A stretch of DNA of 64,000 bases from Marsupella aquatica (GCA_973895155.1 OZ316895.1:11763919-11827918), one strand, 5' to 3'. Shown: positions 1-12,769, counted from the first letter of the stretch. Numbers and translations are program-made. The notes: generated by a model from the sequence alone, not told the origin.

Positions 1-59
1 CTGTCGAAGAGCCTCTTGATGAGTTTGAGATAGGGCAGGAAACCCCTGGGCATGATGGG

Positions 60-3000
60 ATGTTTGGCTCTCCCCTGCAAATACAGGAAGGCAGGAAGTC
101 TTTGTACCCCGGTAGCAAATGTTCTAAACTGGGATTTGTCATCATGTTCCTGAACATTTGCGGCAACCACAATGTCCCCAACGTTTTGGTTTCTGAGTTG
201 TTGGCATTCTTGCGAACAACTGTGCTACCAGATGGTAATATTTTGCCCAAGAACATGTACGAGGCAAAAAGATGCATATCTAATCTTGGATTGAACTATG
301 ATTCGATCCATGCCTGTCCTGATGGGCATGTTCTTTTCAGAAAGGAGTATAAAGAATCGTTGACATGCCCTAAGTGTGGGAAGCACAGGTATCGGAACTC
401 AGGAAAGTCTATGGTTCCCGCCAAGGTACTTCGTCATTTTCCACTCATTCCCAGACTTCAGCGGATGTTCAGAAGCCGTGCCATCTCGGAGATGATGACT
501 TGGGCAACTGACAAGAAAAGTGATGATGGGCTACAACGACATGCTGCAGATTCAAGGCAATGGAAACTCATAGATGAGATGTATCCCGAATTTGCTGCTG
601 AGCCGAGGAATGTCAGACTTGGGCTGTCATTGGATGGGGTAAACCCATTTGGAGACAAGAACAACAAATTTTCATGCTGGCCTGTAACTATTTTGAATTA
701 TAACCTTCCTCCTTGGATGACTACAAAGCGATTTTTTGTTCTGATGGTCCTACTGATACCAGGGCCAGACAGTGCTGTATCTGCCAACATAGATGTGTTT
801 CTGGCTCCCCTAGTGGAGGAATTGAGAAAGCTTTGGGAGGAAGGAGTTCTCACATATGATGTCCTACAGAGGCTTGGGAGGTTAAACCCATTCATCCTTA
901 GAGCCATTGTCATTCTGACTATAGCTGACTACCCAGCCCATGGGATGATATCAGGCCAAACAACAAAAGGATATTGTGCTTGTACTATCTGTGGGCGCAA
1001 TGTCACCAGTGAGTACTCCAGAGCCCTGCAGAAAGTGATATACATGGGCCATCGTCGTTTTCTGAAGACAGATCACCCTTACAGAGAAAGACAGGCACTG
1101 ATTGCACACTTTGGCAATGAGATTGAGCAACGTGGACCCCCGGCACGAGTGACCAAAGAGGAGATCAGGCAGTGGGGAGCACTGAGGGATGACTATATCA
1201 AACGAGGGGGCAGGGAAGATGGAGTGAGTGATCCAATAAAGCGATATGGTGTAAAAAGACTGAGCATATTGGACTTGGAGCTCAAGTACTGGAGGGTAAG
1301 CCTCTTGGAGTTGATGCTAATTGGGATACATGTTTTGGTTCAGAGCATGTGCATTCATTTCGAAGAGAGAGACTAAACTTGAGGCATTTCCTGACGCTTT
1401 TGCATTGCAACGATGCAGGAGTTTGAGCCAAGCAAACATAACATTGATGTTATGCACATTGAAAAGAATATTTGTGAGAGTCTACTCAGATTCTTGTGTG
1501 GAGAGAAAGACACTGGTTCAGTGAGATTGGATCTTGAACAGAGGGGAATGAAACCCCATCTTTGGTTGAGGCCACATGCCCACAGAGCTGATGTGCTCTT
1601 GAAGTACCAAGCGCCCTATGTTCTGACAGACACAGAGTGGGAACTATTTGTGCAGAGGTTGAGTTCTTTGAAGGTTCCTTCAAACTATGGCAGTGCTTTC
1701 AAGAAGCATATCATGACTAGAAAGCTTGGTAGTATGAAAAGCCATGACTACCATATGTTGATGCAACAGGTGTTGCCTTTATGCCTGAGGGGCCTGTTGC
1801 AGAAGCCTGTTCGTACTGTGATCATGCGACTCAGTGATGTGTTTCGTCGTATTTGTGTGAAGGTTTGGGATGAAACACACTTCCCACAACTGACAGAAGA
1901 TGTCGCTCAGGTGCTGTGTGACCTGGAGATTTATTTTCCTCCCGCATTTTTTGATGTCATGACCCACCTACTTGTCCATGTTGTGGAAGAGCTACACCAA
2001 TTTGGGCCTGTGAGTGCTCGTTGGTTGTACCCTTTGGAACGGTACATGAAGCTACTCAAAGGTCACGTGAGAACATATTACAAACCTGAAGCAAGCATGG
2101 CTAAAGGTTACATCAAGGATGAGACTCTGGGATTTCTGACCGAATACATAGCACAATATGAGCATGTGAAGACCAGGGTGTGGAATTCTGATGAGGAGGA
2201 AGGGGTGGTAGGTGAAGTACTGGAAGGGGCTGCAACCACAAAGAACCTGACCATATCTATGAGAGACTTGGCACATGACTTTGTATTGCACAACACTGTG
2301 GTGATGGAACCCTGGATACAGTGAGTGCATACATGTGCTATAATCCAGTTCATGAGCTTAAATGTTGTGTTCGTGTGGTTTTCTCCTTCAGCCTGTTCAT
2401 GTTTACCCAAGCTAATGCTGTGTGGTTGTTCGTTCAGGGAGTATGAGTCATTGAAGGCGGCCCATCCCACTGCAGGAACAACTTTTCCAGGTTTCATGGA
2501 GTGGATCAGAGTGGCAATTAGAGAGCATCACGAGACCCACCCAGACATGGATGCAGATGTTTACCTACTGTCTAATGCCCCTAGCCTGAAAGTGAAGACT
2601 TACAAACGGATGAGAGCATATGGGAATCACTTCCGAGTGAAGGATGGTGACAGTGCCTACAGGGTGACGAATGACTGCGGGCTCATCACTGTATTTGAGC
2701 AACAGAGCCACAATCACGACAGGGCCTGGATGGAGATGGGATATGTGGGAGAATTAGTTGACATATGGGCTCTGGACTATGGGGCGGTGTCCAGTCCTGT
2801 GATTCTTATGAAAGGTTCATGGGTGCGGCAGGATTGGCTTGGTAACAGGGCTACCATGAAGAGAGACAACGACGGTTTCTTGCTGGCCAATTTCAGAGGG
2901 AAATTGCCCGAATGGTCTGAGCCATTTGTGTTTCCTAGTCAGGTGGAGCAAGCTTTCTTCCTGGATGTGGAAGACTCCCCAGGTTGGCGTGTAGTGTGTC

Positions 3001-3203
3001 ATAAACAGGCCAGGCAACGCCGGATGGAAGGATCAAACCTTGAGTTTCATTTACACTCTCATAGTGCCTTTGATCGTCGGCGTTCAGACCAAGTGCCTGT
3101 AGTTCATGATAGCGGGGACTTCATTCCTGTGACAAGGGTAGATGCATTTGCTGAAGGAGGCGAATTCAGAGATGCAGATGCCAACAGTGTGCCTGTGCCA
3201 TGA
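60..3203 (+). CDS. CACTA transposase (TnpD/Tnp2-like), 3 exons visible, N-terminus probably upstream of the window
   Basis: Exons <60-1295, 1419-2320 and 2438-3203 join in frame through GT-AG introns. Motifs IHACP..CPKC, RNVRLGLSLDGVNPF, ADYPAHG, HNIDVMHIEKN, KSHDYH, PPAFFDVMTHLLVH, WLYPLERYM and EPFVFPSQVEQAF are typical of En/Spm transposases. The frame is open back to base 3. Confidence 0.93.
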
Positions 3204-3359
3204 GTAATGTGAATTGTTTGCATAGACATTAGTGAGGGGAAGGATGTGTAATAAAGTAATTCTGAAGCAACACAGATGTATGGATGGATGCCTGGTGATT
3301 GTGGTTGCATTGTGTTATACGGGGTGACCATAGATGACATGTTTTTGTGGTCCAGTAGG

Positions 3360-6300
3360 ATGGAACAGAGTGACACAGAGATGTGTGAGTATGAAAGGAA
3401 AGCTATGGAACAACGAGCATACGTGAAAGCCAAAATCGCAGAACTGGATCTGGAAAAGGATGTGGCTGAATTGTAAGGGAACGATTCTCAACTACACCCC
3501 TCCGCTGAGTTTGTGTGACATGAATAGTTCAATGTGGCACTGAAATTGTGACTGTATTCTCATATTGGAATGTCGCAGAGCCACAGCATTTTCAAAGAAA
3601 CAAAAGGAGTACGCAAGAAGGGTGACCAGCACTATCTCTGGGCCTGTGCGTCGGAGTGACAGGTTGAGCAAGAAGGTCGTACCTACAATGGCAGAATGTG
3701 GAGATGACATTGATGCTGCACAGGTGGGTGCAGACACTAGACAAGAAGATGCAGATGATGAGTATTTTCCAGAGGAAATGGATGAGGATGGGGGTTATGA
3801 AGATGAATACATTGCAGAGCAGCCCCAAAAGAAACATGTAAGTAGTTTTCCCAACAAGGTTTTGAGTTAAAAACTCTTGTTTAGAGGTTTCATATGTTCA
3901 GTACTACACATATGTACCTTGCTTAGTTCCTGACATTGTAGTTGGTGATGTGATGCAGCGTCCTGCCAGTTCTGTTTTGCCTTCGAAGCCTGTGCATGCA
4001 CCATACCAGCAGGGGGGGCTGACCTCTGATCAAGGTTGGCGAGGTGGTAGTAGTGGTAGATCCCAGGCTGGTGCCCAATACTATGGCAGGGGGCAAGCTC
4101 TAGGTTATGCCCGTGGTAGAGGCAGAGCAGGTCCAAACCCACAATCTCGTGGGTATGGACGTCCACCTCAACCGTGGGGATGTGAGTATATATCTATATG
4201 CCAGTTCTTTGTGAAGGCATGGCACTCCTGAATTTCAGACTGCATATCAATTTTTGACATTGTTTGGGATGTATTGGATTCAGACAACATGAAATTCTGT
4301 CCACCTGCCATTGCATGCAGATTCTGCCCAACCTGATTGGGCAAATGCTAGTAATGATCAGTTCCAATGTCCACAAGGACAGACATGGGTTGAACCAGGT
4401 TGGGAGGATGGTGGTGGGTCGTGGAATGAACAAGGTTGGGAAGGTGGTGAAGGTAATTGGCAGGGATATCAAAATTCAGTACCTACAAACGCTGGAAGAG
4501 GAGCAGGTAATGTCTGATCTTGTCAGCAATGGAAGAACTCATTATATGTGGAGTCCATTCACGTGGGGGGGACTCTGCACATGTATAATGATAGAAAATG
4601 TATGTGTGCAGGTTGGACAGTCGAACCATCGACTCAAGTATTCACTAATGCCCCTATGCAGATGCAGCACGGAAGGGGGACAGGTATGTCGGTGAATGTT
4701 CAGTTGTTTTCCTACAGTTTGTACTTAGTTTTCAGTACATATGTTTGCACACACATACCTAGAAAGTGACATCATCCGGCCCCTGTACTAGGCTGGACAG
4801 GTGGTCCAGGGTCGCAACAATTTCAGAGTGCAGTCCCTGCACAGGCATCTACAGGCAGAGCTACAGGTATGTATGTTTGAAGAATTTTTCTTGAAGTGAA
4901 GCATTGAATGTTGCCGTCATCCATTCTGCTATATGTAGTTCTCAAGCATGAATGGCATTGTATTTTCCCAGGTGGCTTCAGAACCCCAGGTAGGGTGAAT
5001 GAAGGGGTGGCCAATACAACGCCCAGTACTACCGAGAGCAGTGCACGAGGGGAGGTGACAAAGAAAGGGAACGTAAAGTTGAATGAGAGACAATGGGTGG
5101 ATGCTGAGTGTCCTCGCAAGAACCGATGGCATGCTGATTTGAAAGCTGAAGTATTGCGTTGGTTAGATGTGAGTGTTATTAATTTTAAAAAACAGCATCC
5201 AAAAGATTGGAAGACTGTATGTGAAAATGTTGCTGCCAAATGGAATTATGTGGGCAGTGATGATGGCGTGGACATAGGTTGCCTAGAGAGTACAGCAGGT
5301 AAAATTATCAAGCAAGAGAGGTGGAGAATGCATAAGGCTTGGAAGGAAGGTGGGGAGAAGCCAGATATGCCTCCACCAGCCAGTTGTGATGATAAAGTGT
5401 GGGCAAGGTTAGTAGCTTATTTTGTAACAGATGCTTCAAAAAAGAAGAGTTCACAGATGACCGAGGCCAGGTTGAGTGTTCAGAACCCTAATCTGACAGG
5501 AAGGACCGGCACTGCACCGACAGCTAAACGTTTGGTAAGAATGAATGGCCTAGCTATGTAATTTATGCTACACTATGTACTATTTTTTAGTGTACTGTCC
5601 CTACATGTAAACTTTGTTTTTTAGTGTACGTTCCCTGAATATTGATCGATAACTTGTGTTTGCCATGCATGTGCAGAAAGCCCAATTGGGGCAAAGCCCT
5701 TCAAAAGAAGAGTTGAGGGCTGAAATTGTGAACACCCGGGCTCAAGAGGGTGCATCTGAATCCTCCAAGCATGTAAGTTATATGAGTTCTGATTGGTAAT
5801 TGAATGACCTGCGTTGAATTTCAGGTGTACACTGTATATAACATTGATTGTGCATATATTGCCCAACATTTCATATGGAGTGATTGAACCTATACCCCTG
5901 TGTCATGTAGGGAGGTGGATCTTCACTTACAGAGATAAGTGGTCGTTTGAAGGCTGTCGAAACATGTCTTCCAGAGATCAATGAACGTTTGAATTCATTG
6001 ACTGACTTGTTCCATGTGAACTTCAAGACATTAATGGAAGCTGTTGTGTCGGTGAGAGATAAAATTGATTCCAATTCTGCAGGAGTTCCACCATCACCAC
6101 TTGAGGTGGCAAAGTCGATGCACTCTTCTGGCATGCCAACGACATGTAGGCTTGAAGGTAAGGCCTTTACAACTGTGTGGGATATGATTATTAAATGTAT
6201 AGTTTGAATTGACATTGTTTGTTGAATGTGTTATTTTCAGTAACATATATTGTGGTTGTTGTGTCCATAGAGAATAAGACAGGTGCTACAGAGAAGAAGT

Positions 6301-7067
6301 ATGAGAACCTGGCAAATACTCGCTGTAATTTAGAGGCAACAAAGTTGCAGTCTGTACAAGCAACTTGTTTGACAGAGGGCAGTCAACCATGTTTGGATGA
6401 GGATGACATTGGCAAGGGAGTGGATGATATCAATGTTGGGGCAAATGAGGATATCAGCAAGCATGACAATGATACCATTGAGCCAGATTCATGCTATGTA
6501 GATCTTGACTCCATTGCAGAGATAAATGATTTGCAGAATGTATCATTCTCAATGACAGGTGTGCCTCTTGTTGAGATAAATCCAACCAAAGAGTTAGTTG
6601 GTATGACACTCCCAGGTGATGAACCTGCTACTGTGACAGTCCTAACAGAGGAACCTACTGAGCCTAGCTTCACTACTGTGAAGAGAGGAAGCATGCGCAC
6701 ACGAAGCAAGTCTGCTGGTGGGAGCAGAGCCACGTCAAAGGTTTCATACAAACCTCCAAGAACAGTGCTGGCAGAAAGATCTAAGGTGGAAGTGGGGAAA
6801 GCACCTAATGCTGAGGGACAAAGTGGCTTGTTAGCTGTTGATGAGAGTGGAACACGAGTAGGATTTGCCAGAGTGCAGGTTGGTTCCACAACGTTCCATG
6901 GCAAGAGGATTCCCCCAGGTTATTCAGTAGTGTTAGTCACATTACTAGTGAAACCTAAAGCTGTCCTTCCCATTCCAAACACAAATGATGATCCTCCTCA
7001 AAAGACACTTGGAGATGCTGCAGGTTCTTTGGTATTATGGCCAAGCAAGTTCATAGAGGATCCATAA
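3360..7067 (+). CDS. CACTA second gene (TnpA-like), 10 exons, about 876 aa
   Basis: Exons 3360-3472, 3579-3837, 3959-4181, 4321-4506, 4612-4683, 4792-4866, 4972-5534, 5677-5772, 5911-6157 and 6271-7067 are all GT-AG with matching phases (2631 nt, no internal stop). It has a Ptta/En-Spm-like segment (KVWARLVAYF..KKKSSQMTEAR..TGRTG) and a C-terminal Tnp1-like segment (FHGKRIPPGYSVVLV..LPIPN..TLGDAAGSLVLWP). Confidence 0.82.
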
Positions 7068-7564
7068 CAATGTCATGCCATTATTTGTTTGTAGTGTGAG
7101 TCATGTTATGTAGATTTTAGATGTCAAGAAACAGTACAAGAATCATGTCCTCTTGGAGATTCATAGTATCATGCATGTGCTTTCAGTTATCTCATCCTAC
7201 AGTCATCAATTATGAGTTCCTGTTTTGTCTAAATTACATTGATCACATTGTAAACTATTCCATTGGAATTCAAATGATCTTCATTTTTTAGCAAGATTGT
7301 GATTGTGTTTAATTCTTATGAATGTTTTATGTAGGATCTGCTTATATGATGCTTTGTTTCATGTGGATGTCATTCATGCTATGTTCATTTCTTGTATTCA
7401 ATGTGTTATATTTCTAAAGTTAGAACATCAGGTTTCTATGTATTGTAATGTCGAGTGCTCTCTCTTCTTATGAACTGTCCCTCTGTGTTCATTAGTCATG
7501 GTTATAACTTGCATGTGATCCTTATTAGTTATAAACATGAGTATATAGAGTCCCAAATGGTTCT

Positions 7565-7890
7565 GTTGTGTGACGCGGGCCAGGGTCTCCATTGGTCTCT
7601 CCTGTGACACTAAATAGTCACACGCTAGTCGTTGTTGAATGCGGGTAAGTCATGTATGTGATTTACGATGTGACTCGCTGAAGTCATATTGCAGTCACGT
7701 CGAAACAAGGCTAGACTCCACAATAAAGTCACAGATCAGTCACAAATGGGTATCAAGCAAGTTGCAAAGCCCAGTATCAATAGTGACTTCCATTTTTTGG
7801 TCTCAACTTTTGCAACTCCAAGGGTCACAGCGTGGGTCAAGTCACGTTGAGTCACAATGAAGTCACATGAGCCAAAATGAGTCATATATT
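7565..7890. repeat. CACTA subterminal GTCAC/GTGAC motif cluster
   Basis: About a dozen GTCAC, GTGAC or GTCAT motifs in both orientations just inside the TIR. These are the expected TnpA binding sites. Confidence 0.75.
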
Positions 7891-7922
7891 GCGGTCTCAG
7901 TTCACCTCGGATTCTTCTAGTG

Positions 7923-8762
7923 AAACCAGCCACACTAGCTAGTTGCTCAGCATCACCAACAAAATTAGTCCACAATGTGTAAGAGGTGGAAGCAACAAGA
8001 GGGAGAAGTCATCCCTGGTAGGTCTGGTGCTGTCGTCTGCTCCGCTGGAGGGGGTCTCGATGAAGTCGTGGGCAGTGGAGTCAACTCTCTTGCTAACTCT
8101 AGCTGAGGAAGCTCAAAGTTTCTCACTCTTCTCCTCCAATCGCTCAGCTCCATTGGTAACAAGCAGCCTCTCAAAAGTAAATGTGTGCCAAGTAGGGTGT
8201 CAAATAGATATCACTGGTAGTAGTCATGACAACAACCTGCTTGGCGATCACCTCCGCAAGAGCTACGGCCCAGTTGATCCTCCTCTTGCCGGTCCATGAA
8301 GCGATGATGGAGCTGGCCAAGTAAACCATAGCCCTGGTAGGCATGCTCGGATGAAAGATAGGTACAAGAAATTGAAGTAAATGAGCTAACTCTCGGTTCC
8401 TGCACTTGTCAATCTTCCAACCAGACCTCCTTTTTCTGGTACCTCTAAAGTAGGGGACAATCAAGTCCTCTCCAACAGAAATCAATCCCTCTCCAACCTG
8501 GCTCAACTAGTATACCTCAGAAACAATGGCGGCGGTACAAACATCAGCTAAACCTCTAGTAGAGCTCTGACAAGTGCCAGCTTGGGGTGGACAAAGAAAT
8601 CAGGCAATGATGGATCCATGCACCATATATATCCTTTGGAATGAAAAGCAAAGACCTCAATCCCATCTCCACCAGATTACTAAGAAGGCGAAAGTAAGTC
8701 ATAGGATCTGAAGGCAAGGTCACCCTAATGGTCTTACTAACTGGTAAGCTTTTGGTAGCCAT
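7923..8762 (-). pseudogene. Decayed retroelement-accessory-type ORF, cut by the CACTA insertion
   Basis: Broken frames 8556-8762, 8171-8506 and downstream pieces. The segment YFRGTRKRRSGWKIDKCRNRELAHLLQFLVPIFHPSMPTR..INWAVALAEVI..YLTPYLAHIY aligns by eye with the ORF at 50649-51254. Confidence 0.6.
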
Positions 8763-10289
8763 AGCTTCAGAAATCTAAGAAAACCTCAGAGCTTTCTCAA
8801 AATGGCTAAGCATTGAGGTCTAAGAATGGAGTCACAAGATCCTAAGGTAGCTACAGTGTTGCTGGAGAATAAAAGAACTGAAAGGAGGTAGAAGTGAAGG
8901 AGTTCTAATCAGGCAAAGTTGAGAACTCCATAGCTTTTCAAATTTCAAGAAATCAGAAAGCTTCTCTGATTCAATACTCCTCAATGTCTCATCAATGTCA
9001 GTTCAGAATCGGGGTGAATCATCTCTAAGCAGATGTGCCTCTTCAACAAGTGGAATGAGGGCAAACGGTGGTCTAACGAGTGAGCATCAAAGGTCAAAGC
9101 TTGCGCCCTCCTCCCGGCCGCCATGGACGTCTCACCAAAAGAAATGCAAAAAGGTAATTGGGCTGGCGCAAACGGCTTTAGGTCGTGGACGGATGGACAT
9201 CCCGGACGTCCCTACACTGAGGCCGTCCAAAACGTCACTTGGATGCCTTCACGGGAGGCATCGGGCCGTCTTTGGTGAAAATGGTGGATGTCCCGGACGT
9301 CTGTCACACAGGGCCGTCCAGGCCTGCACTTGTTGTCATCCTGGCCGTCTTTTACTCGGGGCCGTCCTCAAAAATTCTGAAAATGGCCTTATCTTGTTGT
9401 CGTCTTGACGTCTTGCCAATGGGTATCCAAGCCGTCTCATCTTCTAAGTTGTCTTAACTTTGAATAACTAGCTTAAGAGGCCTTATAGATTCTAAAAATT
9501 TAAAATTTTCATGGTTTTTGATACTTTAACTTGTTTTTAGGAATAATCACCATTTCACACCTGCCATGTGGTAGATTGACAAAGCTGTTGCCCATGCAAT
9601 GACCTAGTTGAATAGATCCAAAAGGTGGTGAGCAAGGTTAATGACCACCTTCTACACAGCCAATTGGAAATAACACTTTACTTTTGCAAGATTGACCTTC
9701 ACCAGGAGCAGTTCCCTCATCAAAACGACCTGCCATGGGAAGAGCAAGGCTTGTGCCGAAGTATTTTTAGGGTGACAACCTTGGAGAGCAGTTGTGAGCT
9801 CGTACCCAAGGGACATGTAAAGTGGCTTCAAATGACAGTCAAGCAAAGGTAGCCATGGGTGCAATGAATGGCACAGGTTACTCGAGGATCCCAATTATCC
9901 CCCGCCATGTACAGTCAACTTGGGCATCACAAGACTTTCAAGAATGTGCTGCAACAGTGAGAAGGCAGAAGCTTCTTCCAGGCCTCAAGAAACTCTAGAA
10001 CCAGCTCTGGATTGGCATAGCTCCCAACAATTTGTGGCTGCAGGACCCAAAACAAATTGTATTATCCTAGAAAGAGACAAAGGACAAGACAAGAGGACAC
10101 AAAACTATAGCCACGGTTACGTCTATAGTATCCAGCAGAACGAGTGCTATCACAATGGGCTTGGGGCAGCAATGGAAGCATATGGTTTCCTTATATCTTA
10201 AATACAGAAGTGCTTGCCGATTCATCTTTCTGATTGTATCCGACGGATCATCAAATTAGAAGAAAAATCTGAGGGAGAGATGAGGAGAG

Positions 10290-12670
10290 GCCCCAAGATC
10301 AACCCAGTCTGGAGAAATTTGACCAATCAACGAAACAGATCCCTTGCTTCCGATCCATTGGCAATTACTGGAGTTAAATGGAGTGGAGATTTAACAGTGA
10401 TATTCTGGATTATGGAGGGAGATGGAGATTTTACAGTGATATGAATCATGAAAAATTAGATAAAGAGTATTCTAGGCATCGTCACTTTCCATCGTCACTT
10501 TGAAAAATTCGTCAAATTAGATAACAAATATTCTTAGCATCTTCACTTTCCCTCCGTGACTTTTGCCACCTGATAACAAAGAAAAAAGAATGAAAATTAA
10601 GGAGGTCCAAGCATCCATCCATGGAATGTGGAGCTGCTTTTGAGGACCTGAGTATTATCATATACTAGCCTCCACTATTCATTAAAGTGAGTAGAGGAGA
10701 GTACAATAAAGCGTAACAAAATCTCATTTTCTGACTGTTAATGAAACTATTTTTAAAATAATCATTCTTGTCATCATTTTAACACACATAATATATCATA
10801 TCCTGTCTATGCTCATATTTTTTCATGTGTAAGTATAATATATTTTGGTGGGGCTCTTCAATATAAAAGACTAGACCCCAACTCTGGCTTACCTTTGGGC
10901 TTTGTAAATAAGATTTCATTTCATATTATATATATTTATATTTTTAATAAATCTCTAAGTGGTTGCTCCAGTTTGAATGCAACCGGGAGTCTCGCTTGGG
11001 TTGACTGCGGTTAGCTGGTGGTCCAACCATGTTTTTGAATGAAGACCAGACGTTCTTAATTAATGCCATGCAGGGCTACTGTTGTTTTCTTTTTTGCTGG
11101 TGACGTGCAGGGCACATTGCAATTGGACAACGGGAGCACCTCGAAGCCCTCATTGGCTAGCACTGGAGGCACTGGGTGGGGCCCACCACCATTGCCACAA
11201 GAACCTGGATCTTCTACTGTAGACTTTGTTGACTAAATTTCTGAACCTGGGTGAGTACAGATTTGGGACAAAGAAGGCTTCACCCTCCTTTAACTCCAAA
11301 GGTGGGATTAGGACTTGACCAGACCCTTGATGGTGGGCTGTCTGACGTTCTTAAAAGGACCAAATCTGCAAAACTTAATGTCAGGTCTGCCTCCTCTAGA
11401 GAGAGCACCACAGCTCGACTTGGGGCGCTGCGAAACCTATAGAATGCTGACTTTTGGTGAAACTCAAAATTTGTTTGGATGATGAAATGAAGTTTGTTTG
11501 AGCTGGAGATTTGTTTGGTGTGATCTCTTAATTTCAAGCTACCATTTGACAAAAGTTTCAACTTTTTGGACATTTCCAACACTCAAATCTTATATCCTCA
11601 AAATCCTTTTTCACAAACTGTAAATCTACAAATTGATGGTTTTTCTTTAGGTACAAGGCTGAATGCCCCTTCTTTGAGATGATGAGCAAAGTTATAACCC
11701 AAAACTAAGCTAGGGTTTTTTTTTCATATAAGGAATATACTATACATAACGTGTAAGAGTATTATGCTTTTGCAAAACAAATCAGTAAAGAAAATTACAC
11801 TTTGAGAAAAGTGTAGTACGATCTTTGAAGATATAGTACTAAGTGTTGGAGATGTCCAAAAAGTCCCAACTGATGTCACCAGGTAGTTTGAACTTCATTG
11901 ATCACACCAAACAATTTTCAACTCCAACTTAGTTCACTTGTGAATGAAAAAGATATTGGGTTTCTTCAAGAATTAGCATTCTGCACATTTTGTGGCGCCC
12001 TGAGTTGAGCAGTGGCGCCCTTTGTAAAGGCAGACCAGACTTTAACTGTTATGAACTCACTGTATTTCAGGAATTTCAGACGGCCCACCATCAAAGGGCC
12101 TGGCCAAGTCCTAAAGATACAGGAGACACCCAGTTAAGTCCTTTTTGATCATCTTTCAACCTGGATTTCTCTGCGATGGGTGCAAGTATGAGTTTAGTGT
12201 TGTTGAATTCTTGCGACAGGCAATTAGGAGTGGGGAGTTGTGCAAGTAGGTACCTTGACATCCAGTGAATGGGAGTGGGGATGGGATGGGAGTTTGGCAA
12301 GGGGGCTAGCATTTGGCCCATTAGGCCCATTATATCAGACAAACTTTGAGCGGGGCAAGAATTTGGCATATTTGCGCCATAAATAGACTGAGTGGATACT
12401 AAAATAGAGGTGAAAAGCTATCCAAAAGTTAGAATACAAAATAACGCAATGTACTTTTACTCTTTACATTTGGTTTGACTTCCATGGCTAGTTTTTAGGT
12501 ACGTATGAATGATGGCATTGGATGCCCTTGATGACATCTTCTTCATAGGTCATCTCAGCTATGTAAAAGAAGCCCAACTTTGCACTCAATCACAATACTG
12601 TAGAAATTGCTCAGGCGCACCCAAATAGATGCACATCCACGTATTTTTCTCTAAAGCTGGACAACCATCA
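10290..12670. mobile_element. Degenerate long inverted-repeat (fold-back/MULE-like) non-coding element
   Basis: Clear inverted arms at 11308-11583 and 11842-12114 (e.g. ACTTTTTGGACATTTCCAACACT versus AGTGTTGGAGATGTCCAAAAAGT). Weaker symmetry extends outward to about 10290 and 12670. Termini and TSD not resolved. Confidence 0.55.
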
Positions 12671-12769
12671 ACAGGAAGGGTGAAAAGCCAAGTGGACAGT
12701 GTCAAAGGGTGAAGCCAGAGCCTGTTGACCTTTGTTGGCCCTTCTTTCTTTTGTCTTCAAGGGACGAGG

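Larger units (their letters stand above)
1..7922 (+). mobile_element. CACTA/En-Spm DNA transposon, 3' part (5' end lies left of the window)
   Basis: Contains a transposase gene and a TnpA-like gene. Ends ...GGATTCTTCTAGTG at 7922 (reverse complement CACTAGAAGAATCC, a CACTA TIR). GTCAC/GTGAC subterminal motifs are dense at about 7565-7890. The next 3 bp (AAA) would be the TSD. Confidence 0.93.

Noticed and set aside
9550-10200. Possible transposase remnant
   Set aside because: The composition looks coding-like, but I recognised no motif in the frames I translated.
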